This document shows positions 1 through 13,690 of a DNA stretch of 64,000 nucleotides, piece by piece. The DNA comes from Magallana gigas (Eukaryota), in assembly GCF_963853765.1 (NCBI RefSeq), contig NC_088855.1, forward strand, positions 39,246,001-39,310,000, given 5' to 3'. The translations under genes were made by a program, and so were the position numbers. The notes under the pieces were generated by a model. The model did no database searches. It saw nothing but the letters and a program-made list of their open reading frames with translations, and was not told where the DNA came from. Within the stretch, counting starts at the first letter, position 1. Every line of letters starts with the position of its first letter.

Positions 1-192
1 GGCACAATTCAAAAAGATATGTATTGTATAATTGCCCTGGCTCTCCCTAATAGTATTTCAGAAAACCTGTAATTTACTGAAACCCTACATGTACCAGAAA
101 GCAATGCTATGATAAATGTACAAGTACAAATCCAAACATACCTTTATTATAAAGCTTATTATAAAGAGTACCGTAAGTTCAAAAACACTGAC

Positions 193-3100
193 CTCATGCC
201 TGCCCCCTGACCACTGGTTTAGGTGTTCCATCTCCTCCACCAGACTGTCACAGAACTTTGTGCTCACAATGGGGAACCAGAACACATCAGGACAGGGCTG
301 AAGGGCCGAGAGAAAATTAATCATTAAACATTATTCTTTTGTAAGCACTTCTAATGCTACATGTATTACGGTTCAAATGGATAGAAGCCACTTATAAAAC
401 AGCTCTAAACTGGCACTGGATTTATCTTGACATGAAGTACATGTAGTATATCTATCAAAAGTATTACAAAATAACCATTATTTATTTATGCAGTGGATAA
501 AATCATCAACATCTGCTGGAATGGCAGTGCTTTTTTTCCTGTGATTATGCAATATACACTGTAGCTAAAAATGATGTGCATGCTCAAGCATACGTGGTTG
601 GCTGGTATCTCTATTACTAGTACTGTTAGATTTAAAAGAAATTATGCATTACATGTACCTGAACAAGAGTCCTGTTCAATTCCAAGCTCTGGGAATAATT
701 TTCATGAATGTACTTCAGTTTCCAATCCTTTAATCAAACATAAGATTTAACTTATACATCATCATCAAGCCAAAGAATGGAATCCAAATATGACTAAACA
801 TCTTTACATGTATAAATTAATTAACATATGCAGGTGTACTCACATAAGGGTTTTGTACAATCTGATAAAGATCATTATGAAGATGAGAGGTATCCATGTT
901 GTCATAATCCACAAGATGGCCAAGGATTTTTCTGTTTGTGGCATACATAAATATACCCTAAAAGAAAAGCATAAGATAATTAAAATATGATTGTTGAAAA
1001 CAAAGAAACTAGAAAATGTTAATGCTTTTAAAAACAATATAGAGGTGTTTTAGACTAAATTGTGCTTTAATTAAGGCGATTTTGAAAAGTTTTAACTTTT
1101 TGAATAGGTACTGAGTTGGCAAAGGAAGTTATCTCAAGATTTTCAGCTGACAACTCTCTATGTTCATAGTAGTTTGGCCCATGACCTTGTAACTCATTAT
1201 TTCAAAGGGTTGTCTACTTCTTAACAGCAGCAGCGTACTAAGTTTGATTATCAGTTTACTATAAGTTCTCAAGTTAGTTAACAGTATTCCTATATCCAAG
1301 TAGTATGACCCTTGACACTTCAAAATCAATAGGGGTTAAATGCCAATGGCAAAGATCATTTTCTATCTAGCAAAGATATCATTAGGTGTGTCCAGAGCAG
1401 TTTAATGACCTTTGACCTCTGACCTCATCTGAAAAAGAGGTCATTTCCTTTTTCGAGAGAATCTTTGACAAATACTGATGATTGTCCAGCAGATATATAA
1501 ACATAAAAACTGACAACACAAACCCTTTTCCTGAGACCTCCACAGAAAGCCATATCAGGTTCAACATTTTCTGCAGAATAAATGTCTCTCAGTTCTTCCA
1601 TTAGAGATCCATGGATAAGGTAGGCTCCAGTGATGTATGGAACATTCCACAGTCCACTAAAAGCAGATACATGTAAGTAAGCTTTGCTATCATCACTTAA
1701 CATTTGGGTACATGCTCATTAAATTGTACATGTACCGGTAACTTAGTGACTTACATTTTTTTCTTCTCCACAATATCTATGTAGTCTTCAGACCTGGCAT
1801 ACCATCCATCTTTGTTGACAGCTCCCCAAAAATTGGACCATAATTTGTAAGGGCGAGACAATATTGGTGCCAGAACAGTTCTGAAAGAGATAAAAAGCTA
1901 ACCACATTACACATTGAATACATACCATTCATCAGTCATCACACATTTCAATGCATTGTCATATTCCTTTGATTTTTTTTATGACTAGGCCAAAAAAAGA
2001 AAATGGCTTGTTTCTATCAAACAAACACTAATTTTTCTCTTAATCTACTGTGGTTTCATTAATATTCAAGGGTATCAAATTTCATGGATAAAGTGAAAAT
2101 CACAGTTTTAAGGATACGTAAATCAATGGCCAATTACCCCATCAATACAAAATGTTAATAAAAATTGCACTTCAATGAACATTTAATTTTGTGGATCAAC
2201 TAAACAACGAAATCCACGAAAATTGGTATTCAACTAATATTGATGAAACCACAGTACTTGTATTTTTTAAATTCATGCATGGTTCTGTCACAAACAAAGT
2301 TAATTTTGTTTACATATATAAATGTATATCATCTAGATATGTTGTACATGTACATGTAAATGTATGCAAGTACTTAAATTAAAATTTGTATTTGGTCAAA
2401 ATTTTATCCTTAACAAATGCTTCTGTTTTTACAGTTATGTATACATGTGCATGAATATCATGCAAATTATTACTTATTCAAGTTTTAATGACAAGCATTT
2501 TTCATCCTTGCCAGGGTTGAATTTGTTAAGAAATTTCAAGTTAAATGATTTTTACCTGTTTTGTTCTATTAGATCGATCAAGGTCTCGGGGTCTGTGATT
2601 TGAGCATAAACATCCACAGAAAACAAATACTGGTCGTTCTTCTGTTTACATACTTCCCTGTAAAGACAATTGTATGGGCATTTACTGTAGAAACATATAT
2701 TTTCGTTGGGTCAAAATTTCGTTGTTTTTAAACCAAACAAGATTTCGTTGGCATTTAATTTCGTCATATCGTAATCTTGTTGTATTCATTAATACCAGGG
2801 TTAAAAATTCGTCATGGAGTTAATTTCGTTGATTTATATTGCCAACGAAAATAACGAAATTAAATCCTCAACGAATATTTCTGCTTCTACAGTAATTAAC
2901 TAAAAGTTTTTGTAACATGGAGTTTTTAAAAATACATGAAAAAGATTACAGAAATAAATGCAGATAAATGTAGTTGTAACAAGTTACAAATTCTTACACT
3001 GCCCAGTTCCTGGCAGCAGCTTCATAAATTCCATCAGATGGCATCAAGATGGTTGCAGACCTATACATGTCATTGTATTTCTCAAGGAAAGACGCAATAT

Positions 3101-6100
3101 CCTTGTTGTGGAATTCCACCTGATCAATTAAATAAAGATTTGCTTTAAAAAAAAAAAGGTTTACTTAACATAGAAGAACTTAGCACTCAGAATGTAAATA
3201 TGTACAATTCATAGTCTTACTCTAGCTTACAAAATTTAATACAAGATTATACTTTATCAACAACTTACCTTATTGTGAATGAATAGGTCTATTCGAGATT
3301 TTGGATATTTCAGGTTAGCTATTCTCTCCAAGAAGTCCTCTGCAAATGGTGTCGGCTGCTCAAAGAACAGTGAAACTAAGACTGTAGGGAATTCATCATC
3401 CTGCAACAAACAAAAAGAAAAGTCATGATTGTATATCTTAACAGTGTTATTTTGACTGTTCTGTACAACTGTATATATGAAAAAGGTTTTTTGTTTTTTT
3501 TCATTTGACCAAAATTCATGATATTAAATAAATACTTCAATCTACCGCACATATAGTTCATGTATAAATTTATCTGTGTTGTTTCAATTTTATTTCTTAA
3601 TATGTACATTGATTGTTAAGGAACACACATATGTAAAAAATTCAAATGCAAATAAATATCATATAACAGGTATTTTCTGCTATTTGTTTTTTCTGCATTT
3701 TGCCAGTACATGTATCTGCATTTAATTCTTACCTTCAACTCCCTAATAGATATTGTCTCTTCCTTGCAAGCCTGACAGCCATTTTGAGTTGTCCATCCAT
3801 CTGCTAGGTAGTTGGCAAATCTGTTGAATTCAGGCTGAAAAAGAATCGTCAAGTTTCATTATGTATATTCTGAATACGTACATGTATGTGTACCTACATG
3901 TAGAACTAATATTACAGTAGTTTAAGTCCCAAGTCCATAATCAATGACTTACCTTGATGGGTCCATTTCCATGTACCACAACTGGAGTAGTTCCAGTTAT
4001 GACATTGTATGCATAGCTGTGGTCACTTTTGAACTTAATTGTGACATCACCTGTTCATTGGAAAACACTTTTTATTTTTAAGGGAATTTATTTTTAAATC
4101 AATGTTAAAAAATCAGGGGTATTAAAGATTAATTAAGAGAAAATTTACTATTTGTTTACCTTGAGCCCCATGCATATTTTGGAAAAGCTCCGATTTAACG
4201 TCAAGTTTTATGTTCCATTTTTTCTGAAATTTTAAAATGGAGACATTTTTTCTATCCAAAATCAAAAGCAAATTGCGTTGACATGTAAGAATTAACTGTA
4301 AACCCATGTTAATTAAATACATGTATGATGTAATACAAAACTGTACCATACTTTTCTGAAGTGCTTCATAAGAATTTAAGGTATCTCACTCCTCATGTTT
4401 TGATTTCATTGCGCAGATGATCATTATATTTAAAATGAATATGATTTTATTTATTTAATCATCACAGATAGATTATTATTTCATAATTACACAACATTCA
4501 TAAAGAAAATCCATTTGAATTCAAGAAACAAACAAGTTTTTTGGGGAACTATTTTTTTGTGCGGAAGGTTTTTTAGACGAAAATGACAGAAACAAGCAAT
4601 TTTATGAATTTTCAATATACTTTTCTTTTTATTATACTTTAAGGTAGTCCTATACTTGGCACTAAATGGGCTCAATCATTAAAAGCTTAGCTTTAAATGA
4701 TAAATATACATTCTAGCAATACATATACAAAAGAAAATATGTATGTTTACATGCTAGTTTGTTTGTTATCACCTCTCAGACGGGTGTACCCCCTTGCAAA
4801 AATTATTGACAATTATGAAATTTGCCAGACGTCCGTTTTTCCTAAAAATAATTACCAATTTTGGGAAAATTAGAACTGAACATACAAAATAGAGTATAAA
4901 TATTTATTTAAGATATATCTCATCAATAATTTTGAGCAAATTTTTTTAAGTAAGTACGCTTTATGGACCTGATGTATCAAAATAGAATACAAAAAATGCA
5001 ATGCTAGTATCGCGTTTGGTAATTTTTTTACTATTTTATGGACTCAAACTTAAATTCATGGTGTTTATTCTATAGATTGACATCTTAGAAAAAAGATTTG
5101 GTAAAATAAATTATATGTTGACGGATTACTTTTCACGTTATAAGCTCTAAACCAAGTAGACCCTGACGAAAAAAATCCGTAAAAATCACATTTTGCTACA
5201 GTTTTCTGTCTAGATCTGTCAACAATGTTAGATATCATTTAAACATTAATTAATTGACGATTGATTAAATTCGAAATAGCTTCTGTCTCTAAATTTAAAC
5301 CGGTTTTAGTAAAAGAAAAAGAAAAATTCGGGGTGGGGGGGGGGGGGTGGGGCTCAAAACAAAGACGATATAAGCATACCTAAGATCCTGGTTACCGGTA
5401 ATCAGAAACTTTGTTTTTCATTTTACTTTAACAGAATCGAGTTTCTCAACATTAATCATTTCTATCTCTCATAGAATACATATATTACCATTCTAATTGC
5501 TTATTATTGCCATTGTTTACAACAGCGATGTAGAGCAAAATCAATACCGGGTATAAAAAACGCTTTGTAAAAGTCGAACCAGTATTGTAAAATCCGTATA
5601 ATGACGTAGTGCGATACTCGGACTACTTTAATCATTATTCACATTTTAACATTTGATAGGTTTGTAACATATTTTATAGGTTCTGTGTGACATGTACAAA
5701 ATCAAATCTTGAGAATGTGATAGCCGTTTAGCATAAAATCATGCATATATATAGAACATGTCTGAATTTTTTTAAGCCAAATTTTGCGAGAATTTTACCT
5801 TTGAAGCCCTATATCTAAAATTTGACATCACTGACCCCCATGTTATATTATGTCAAAATGATACTGAATACATATTTAGGCAAACTGGATTAATCTTATA
5901 AAATTCTTGATATTCAAAAAGTTTTTATTTCAAATCCAATTGTAACTATTAAAGAAATTGTCTATTTTAAGTGCAAAAAGGTCACAAAAAAATTTATGCA
6001 GCTTTGTACAATTTTTTTTCGTAATCCCTCTATTAAGTGTGACCATTGTGCATAATTAAAAACAATATTTGAAGAAATAAGTTTGCTTAATCAAAAATAC

Positions 6101-9100
6101 TGACAACAAATCCTAATCAGGATGAAATTGCATTTTATGTGCAAAAAGGTCAAATTAAATGGGCCATAACTCAGAGGGATGGATACTGATCCCCCATTAT
6201 CTTTGTATTTTTAAAGTTTGTTTTGTCTACAGATTTCAATGATATACTTCTCAAGAAAATCTTTATACAACAACATTGAGGAGTGGGATACCTTAAGCAT
6301 ATAGATAACATAAACCATATGTATACACCAATTCATGCATAGAAATATTTACAAAAATCTCCGCATATAAGAACTGTTCAAATTTTTATTGTTATTAATT
6401 TTGCATGTGTATGTCCTTTTTATAGATGCACATTCAATGATGGCATTCACACACTAGTAAGTACACAAAGGATGTGGTCACTTATGGCCAGACATCGACT
6501 CACCCTGAGTGTCTCATCCAGAAAGATGTTTGTGAAATAGAGCTGGTCGTCATCAGTATCCTTAATGCTGCGATGTGTGATTATCTCATACAGGTCTTTT
6601 GCATAACCAACGTAACCTGCATACACAAGTTATGCAATATGTACTCAATCAAAACATGTACAATCATTTACTCTCTAGGAATATAAAATCAATACCCAAA
6701 AATATTTAAGTACAAAATACAGCTAATTATGAAAAAATAAAAGTGACACATCATTTTCATAAATAATCGATAATTCATTGTAATATGAACTTCGATTTTC
6801 TAGAATTGGCCATCATAATGAGGAACTGTATTTTTTTCTAACTATAAACTGTGTTTCATCATCATCAGCTCTACACTGCCTGTATATACTTTCCAGTGCA
6901 GTACGATGTATCTTTTTACCTCCTGAATTAAGGAAACGTTTCTCTTTAGATTTGACTTCAGGATATGAGGCCTGAAAAATAAATTGTATCATAATAATAA
7001 CATGTACTTTGAGAGAGAGCAGCATACATATTTTTCTTATACGAATTCATGTTTTTAAAAAATTTACAACATGAAAACTTGATAAGTGTCTCGCGCCATG
7101 TACTAGCTGATAGGTATGAACTCTAGTAAGATTATCAAGAATTAAATCTGTCAAAGATTCCACATCATTAATTTTATAAAGCGATTTTAATGGACTTGAA
7201 GCACCTTATTCTCATCTCCTATATATATCGGCATTTGATAAAATCAATTCAGGTATGTTAAGGGTTTATTTTTTAATATGTTTTTTTTTTTTTAAGATCA
7301 TGCAGATTTTCATGAAACCTACAGCCAATGATGGATCAGGCCAGCAAAATCCCTCAGCAGAAAATACAACCCTTGCATTGAACTTCTTAAACTTCTCTAG
7401 AATGTCCTGCTTGCCAGCAGTAAGGACAACATCATAGCTACAAAATATAGAAATTCTATTCACACCTGTTGTAGCAGTGTGGGCTTAATGCTGTTGTTAA
7501 ACTAATGCAGCATTATAAACATATCTAGGAAACTAATGCTTTGTTTCAGCATGAATGCTTATCAGAAGGGATTAAGACACATAGAGATACATAAGATATA
7601 CATGCGTGTAATTCCTTGTAATAAAAAATTGTAACTTAGTTCTCAATATTTTTACATTTACATGTAAATGCAAATAGTATTGTACTGTAATATTCCAAAA
7701 ACAATTTTATCTTAATCTATCATTACACATGATTAACTTTGTTCTGCCCTATGAAACTTGTAAAAATGCATATCAGCAATTAATTAATTTAGATCATGTA
7801 GATGGAGACATTCAAAGCAAATAGGATTGGAAGGAAAAAAATAAAGATAGAGGTTCATATGTATCAACCAACTCTGCTTCAAATAAAACTGCAAGTACCT
7901 GTCTGTGAACATGAGAATGAGGTTTTCTTGGTCCTTGTATTTCTCCAGCTCTTTTTTAAGGATGTTGACTTTGTGACCCCCGCCAGCAGAATTGGCTACA
8001 TCCCCTCCCTTCCAATCCATGCCAATTCCAAAGACCTACAGAAAAAAAAAAATCTATATACATTAATTTATCTTGTAAAATAGTGAAAAATATCCTCTTG
8101 TCCTCATACTACTTATTAAATAAAAAATGTCAAAATCTGTCATTTGTCACTTATTTTTTTAGCAAATTCCTTGATATTGACTCAGACTCAGACATAAGAT
8201 ATAAGCACAGCATGATGTTAAAAATCGTAATTTCTGATTCAAGTGTCCAAAAAAATGTTATTGTATAACGAAGAAAAAATTCTTGAACCCTTTTACTGTT
8301 GCAGCATAACTTAAGCATAACTGCAGCATAACATAACAAGGACATAATGACAATTTTTATTGAATTAAATGTATGTTGGTTTTCCTTTTGTTAAAGCGCT
8401 AAGCATAGCTGCAGCGCTTTTTTGTCGCCAGATTTCTAAATGTACTTCCACTTTCGTTTTCGCGTTTCCTATATACCGCCACCTACTGGCGGATGCTGGA
8501 GAAGTCGTATCATGGAGAAGTCGTACTCTGGAAATATCATAGCTATGCAGTAGGGAGAACTTAATTATCTTCAAGTTATCCTGCATGCAGATGCATTTGT
8601 TCTACCAGTATTAAATTAACAAAAACAAATGACCTCGATTTCCAAAAATTGCTAAAATTTTAAAATCAAGCATTTTTAAACATGCTTTAAGGCAGATTGT
8701 TATATTGTAAATTGGAAATTTTGACTTTACAGTCAAATGGATAAATCATTCTATGCCTCAAAATAAAGATACACTTACATTTATTGCGAAATGCTTTTAT
8801 CATGTTTATTATGATTTTTTAAAAAGTCATCAGCGTTTTGTTTTCACTGTAACACGACAACATGCATTAATCATTAAAAAAATTTGCATTCTATAACTGA
8901 GACATATCCAAATTCTACATCATTTCAGAATTCTGAGTAAGTGCATTTTTCTCAATAACTAACAATATGATTCTTTACATGTATTTTCATATCAATCGAT
9001 ATATTTTTAACACTTTCTTCCCGACTTAGCGCTTCTCAGTACTTTCAGTACTTTGATTTAATGTACCTCTGCATCCAAGTCATACTTGTTGGTTGATCTG

Positions 9101-12100
9101 AGGTATCTTCTTAGTCCATCAGTAACATCTGTCCCTATTGTAATCAGCTTCAACTCTGAAAAAATTTTGCATTTCATAATTTATATTCAAATTCATTTCA
9201 ATTCAAGATGAATTGTTTTAGATGGGATCCCACTAAGTTTATATGCATTGCTGACTAATTCAAACTTTATAGGATAAACAGTTCTGTGCAATGTGTTTAT
9301 TTTCCAATTAGCCATGCAGCAACGCTTTCAAGTTTTCACCATTATTGTTGGTGAATGCCAATGTCATTTATGTATTAATCTCTGTATACAAGAAGGAATA
9401 AGTAAGAGTAGATCATCGACAAAATCAACTGTTACCCTTTAAAAATCAAAGTACTGAAGTACTGACGGGAGTTGATTTTATCGATTATCATTTATTTTAA
9501 AATCAACTTACCTTGCATGGCAATTAGTTTCTAGTCTGTATTTGAATTACGCACTTTTTTATTATATGAATTTAAGACTTTTACATGCAGGGTTGGCAAA
9601 AAAGCGCGAAATACTCATATTTCCCAGGACGGTGGGAAATATTGGTAATTCCCGGGAATTACTGGTATTTCCCGGGAAATACTGGGAAATAAAGTACAAC
9701 TACATATTAAAGTACTTCATACTCAGTCTAAATCAAATCTGTAAGGATGTAGACAATAGTACACTTTGTCAGCAATGACATTTTATAATTGTCTTTGATT
9801 TTAACAAGTTTTAAATGGCCAGTAATGCGTTGGTTATCTTCTCACATGAATACTCCAAACATGGTTCATTCATACACCATTGTTATTTGTTTTTAAGGTA
9901 CGTAAGTCAGGTACATGTATAGGTGTATCTATAAGTTGTCAATAACATGATATCAAAAGTTCTGTTTTCTAGTTATTTGATGTATGTGAAAATGGGCCAA
10001 GAAAATTATGAAAATTAAAGTGTGACTGTGTCACTACCTCAGTATGCAACACACCTAAGAAGAAGCCAATTAACCACACTCATAGTATATATCTCCCCAA
10101 AACAGGAGCACATAAACTGTCAGGAGTCAATTATTCATTAAAACAACATGTATGATTATTTAATTGTTACTTGTAATACCTACAGTAATTATAACAGTTT
10201 ATTTTGTGCTTTGAATTATAAATCTGTAAAACACAAAACTTGGGGTTCAAAAAGCTGGACTAAAATTTGTTCACTAGCAGCTATAGAAGTCTTTGGGAAT
10301 AGGTGATCTGGTGAATTTAAGATTCATAAACTGACAGTGAAATGGCAATTGAAAGTATGCTAAATTATGTTTTGATGCTTATTGTTAATATAGCATTGAA
10401 TCATGATTTTTTGAAGTATACACTCTCATAACTGCCGCTGTGTGTGCATACAAATTGAGTAACGCGCGTTAGCGCGTTATGAAAATTTGTATGCACACAC
10501 AGCGGCAGTTATGAGAGTGTATACTTCAAAAAATCATGATTTAATGCTTATATTTACATTTTTTCAACTTCTTGCCTTGTCTGCAAATGTGATTCATGCC
10601 TTAAAATTCCTATCTTATTCTAAGGGTAAGTTAATATTAATGGAAGAGCCACAGTAACAGCCACAAGCGTGAACTTTGATTTTCGCTTGTGACGTTGCAG
10701 TTTGCAGCGTTCAGCGTTTATGACGTCATAATAAAACTCGTCAATTTGACCTTTGACTACTTGTTGCATTTAGAGGCATTTGAAGATCACAGAATTTAAT
10801 GGAAAAACACAGTAGAATGTAAATATTATCTTATATCCTAAACATACGTTTTACTTTGAACAAATTAAAGAAATTAAGATTAAAAATTTGTATTTCCCAG
10901 TATTTCCCAGTTTAGTGAAAATTAGTAGTATTTACCGGGACGGGAAATACCGGTATTTACCACCGGTAATTCCCAGCACTGGTATTTCCCAGCCAACCCT
11001 GAATACATGAGACTATAAAAATATCTTAGTTGTTCGTATTATATAAAATCTGACTATTTTCAAAGTGTTTATTGATAAGTTTCCTTGAAAAACAATGCTT
11101 CAGCATACATCACTTTAAATTTTTCTATTATTTTCAAGAACTAAGTCTTGTCAGCGGTGATGATTTGTGCTTAGGTCCAAACACTGTTTCACTTTCGGTT
11201 TGCCAGAGCAACTGCATAAGAGAGTTGATTAAAATCAACTCCCAAAAATGATATTTATGATCAACAATACTACTACAATAACATGTGCATTGCCAATCAA
11301 TTTTATATATACATATAATATAGCTAGAACCTTTCTTTTATAGCATCCATTAAATATGCTTAAAAATCGGACCAAACAGCTTTATTAAGATTTTCATGAA
11401 TGCATTAAAATCACTATCTCAAAAGTACACAAAAGTGTAAAAAATACAAATAATAATTAAATCATAATTTGTTGTAAAGCACAGACCAAAACTTACAATA
11501 TTATAGTAAATCATTCTATTATTTGCAGCTCATGGTTTTAACATGTTTAATGTAATTATCAATTCAAAATAATGTTATCCCGTAATTACCTACAATAACA
11601 TTTCAAAAAATAAAGACAGCATCCTGAAATTAGAATCTGACAGCTTAATTGGCAGCAAAAGAAAGTGGTAAAACAATTTTTTTTAACAATTAAAGACTTT
11701 AAAATCATCCGCTTTATTTTAAATGTAAATCAGAGACCAATCTATTATAATATAAATATATAATATTAATATTATATATTCTATATCATATTCGATCAAT
11801 GTTATATTTTAATATAATATTAAAGTACTAAGCTTTTATAATGCTCGCTTTTAGCATTAGTCTCTAAACATGCTAAAAGTTTGATCTTGAAACATTGCAC
11901 TAATACATATACTATAAATCTGATGCTTTTATAATTTACAAGAACTGAAACTTAATCACTTTCTCTTTAGTTAATTGATGTAGGGCTACATAACCTCCAT
12001 CAGCTGTCATTACAATATTAGTATAGTCAAATGTGTACATTAGTTACAAATAATTTATATGTTATAGAATTGGCTTGATCCATGTCACGTACACCATTCT

Positions 12101-12207
12101 ACGTTATACAAACACTCACCGTTATCTTCCAGAGAAGCCACGGAATATATACCACAAGTAAAGATAAGAACATCGATAAAGAAATTATAACGCTTCAACA
12201 TATCCAT
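193..12207 (-). CDS. PLOD: Procollagen-lysine,2-oxoglutarate 5-dioxygenase (lysyl hydroxylase), partial; the C-terminal dioxygenase part lies beyond the left edge
   Basis: 17 phase-consistent GT-AG exons (minus): 12207-12120 ([29 protein letters not shown], signal-peptide-like), 9155-9067, 8035-7899, 7437-7323, 6971-6920, 6616-6504, 4223-4160, 4050-3953, 3834-3733, 3400-3269, 3119-2998, 2657-2556, 1880-1755, 1656-1524, 957-844, 727-659, 297-193; 587 codons. PLOD motifs: [18 protein letters not shown] (glycosyltransferase motif), [62 protein letters not shown]. Confidence 0.97.
2048..2254. mobile_element. Non-autonomous DNA transposon (MITE), TA-flanked, in a PLOD intron
   Basis: Inverted termini ta|CTGTGGTTTCATTAATATT ... 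AATATTGATGAAACCACAG|ta. Confidence 0.75.
2685..2892. mobile_element. MITE, TA-flanked (CTGTAG...CTACAG termini)
   Basis: ta|CTGTAGAA ... TTCTACAG|ta, with internal repeated AATTTCGT/ACGAAAT motifs. Confidence 0.65.
4643..5627. mobile_element. Kolobok-like non-autonomous element, copy 1
   Basis: TTAA at 4639-4642 and 5628-5631; termini GGTAGTCC...GGACTACT (RR...YY); closely similar to 55929-56895 along its whole length. Confidence 0.8.
9588..11001. mobile_element. hAT-like non-autonomous element in PLOD intron 1, with nested sequence
   Basis: TIR CAGGGTTGGC / GCCAACCCTG; subterminal GGGAAATA/TATTTCCC repeats at both ends; candidate 8-bp TSD tttacatg / aatacatg (6/8 match). Confidence 0.65.
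10392..10548. repeat. Long near-perfect palindrome (65-bp arms, 27-bp spacer with an inner hairpin)
   Basis: 10392-10456 is the reverse complement of 10484-10548 with one mismatch; the spacer contains TAACGCGC-GTTA-GCGCGTTA. Confidence 0.9.
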
Positions 12208-13449
12208 TTTGAAAATTTGTACAGTTCCTGTGAAAGACAGTCTCCTCAATTCATTGCTCGTTCACCCGGCTCTCTAGAAACGATGATGTGGCAACCAGAT
12301 TTTCTTGGTTCTCTACAGAAGTGTAATCCGATACCACCGCCGAATATTCCAGCTTCAACTTTGACCCACATGTGCTTTTGTTTGGAATCCGCAATGTTCT
12401 TCGGGTTTACTCTCGAGTTTATGGCACATACAGAGTTCCGAATGGAAAGGACTTCTATAAAAATCAGATAACCATTGTGTAGATAACCATCCGGAAATGT
12501 GTAAGAGCCAGAAGAATGTGCATACATGCGACGCGGAATACTGCTTATATTGTTTCTCGTCGTCGAAAGAAATTATTCATGCATAATTTATTTACCACAC
12601 ATGGTGAGCTACTTAAAAACCCATTACTGGCATTAGAAAACCAGACTCCACCTCCTCCACACTATAGAACTTAAATAAATATCTACAAGTACAGTACAAC
12701 AGGTTATATCAGAGACATAATCTGATAAATACCAGTATTTGAGTCTCTGGTTATGCATAGAATTTTTGTTCTGAACATTTTCATTTACTATAAGTGTTAT
12801 ACTTTAATAATTGCTTTAACACTTTTTCAATTGATATATCTTTCCTTTGTAATTGTAATAATTGATCCACACTTTGTCTGCTCTGGGCTCTAAATTAGAG
12901 ATAAATGTTATGTTTTGTTGTATTTTACAGCATGTTGATATGATAAATGATATCAAAATAGAGGCTTGAACAAAATTTTAAGGTTTTATCTATGTTCGAC
13001 GAAACTTACGCACACTACCTGACGTCTTGTACTTTTAGAAAGTATTTCTTTGAGAATGCATGGTTTATGATATTGAAATTAGGACAATTTGGATATCATT
13101 TAAACTATAAAATGCTTCCTTTTGTGATTCATGCGGGATATGAAGGTGGCGAAATTGCAGAAAAAATACATGTGATTGATTTCTGTCTGGCTGATTCTAT
13201 AGAGCTATGAATTAACTATAAGTTTTCGTAAGAAATAGAGGAAATAAAACTTGGTAGATGTAAATATTACTGTATAAACCAAAAACCAGAGGCTGATCCA
13301 GCGATAAAAAAGGGGGGTCCAACGAAAACGAATGAAAAAGAATTCGTATGAAATTCAGTATTCGTAAAAAAGGAATCTTCCTGCGTAGAATTTAACACAT
13401 TTATCTCATCACTAAATCTATTTCAACATCAGAGTGCATTGGATTAAGC

Positions 13450-13690
13450 AGGCACGTAGCATCGTTTTTGAAAGTGGGGGGGGGGGGTGGGGGCAGACTC
13501 ATCCAAAAAATCTTGACAAGCCAAAAAAAAAAAGAAAAGGATTTTTTAAATTTTTCAAGATCTTCAAATTCCTAATCCTAATCTTACATACTCCCAAAAA
13601 AGTGTGAGTGTGTGTTCAATTTTTTATATGTAAATTTAAGAAAATTAGTTTTTCCGAGAAAAAGTGCCCTCACCCGATGCTACGACATTT
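13450..13690. mobile_element. Degenerate MITE with poly-G/poly-C subterminal tracts
   Basis: CAGGCACGTAGCATCG ... CCCGATGCTACGAC imperfect inverted ends; a related element at ~19078-19495 (CAGCGGCGTAGCGT ... ACGCTACGCCACT). Confidence 0.5.
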
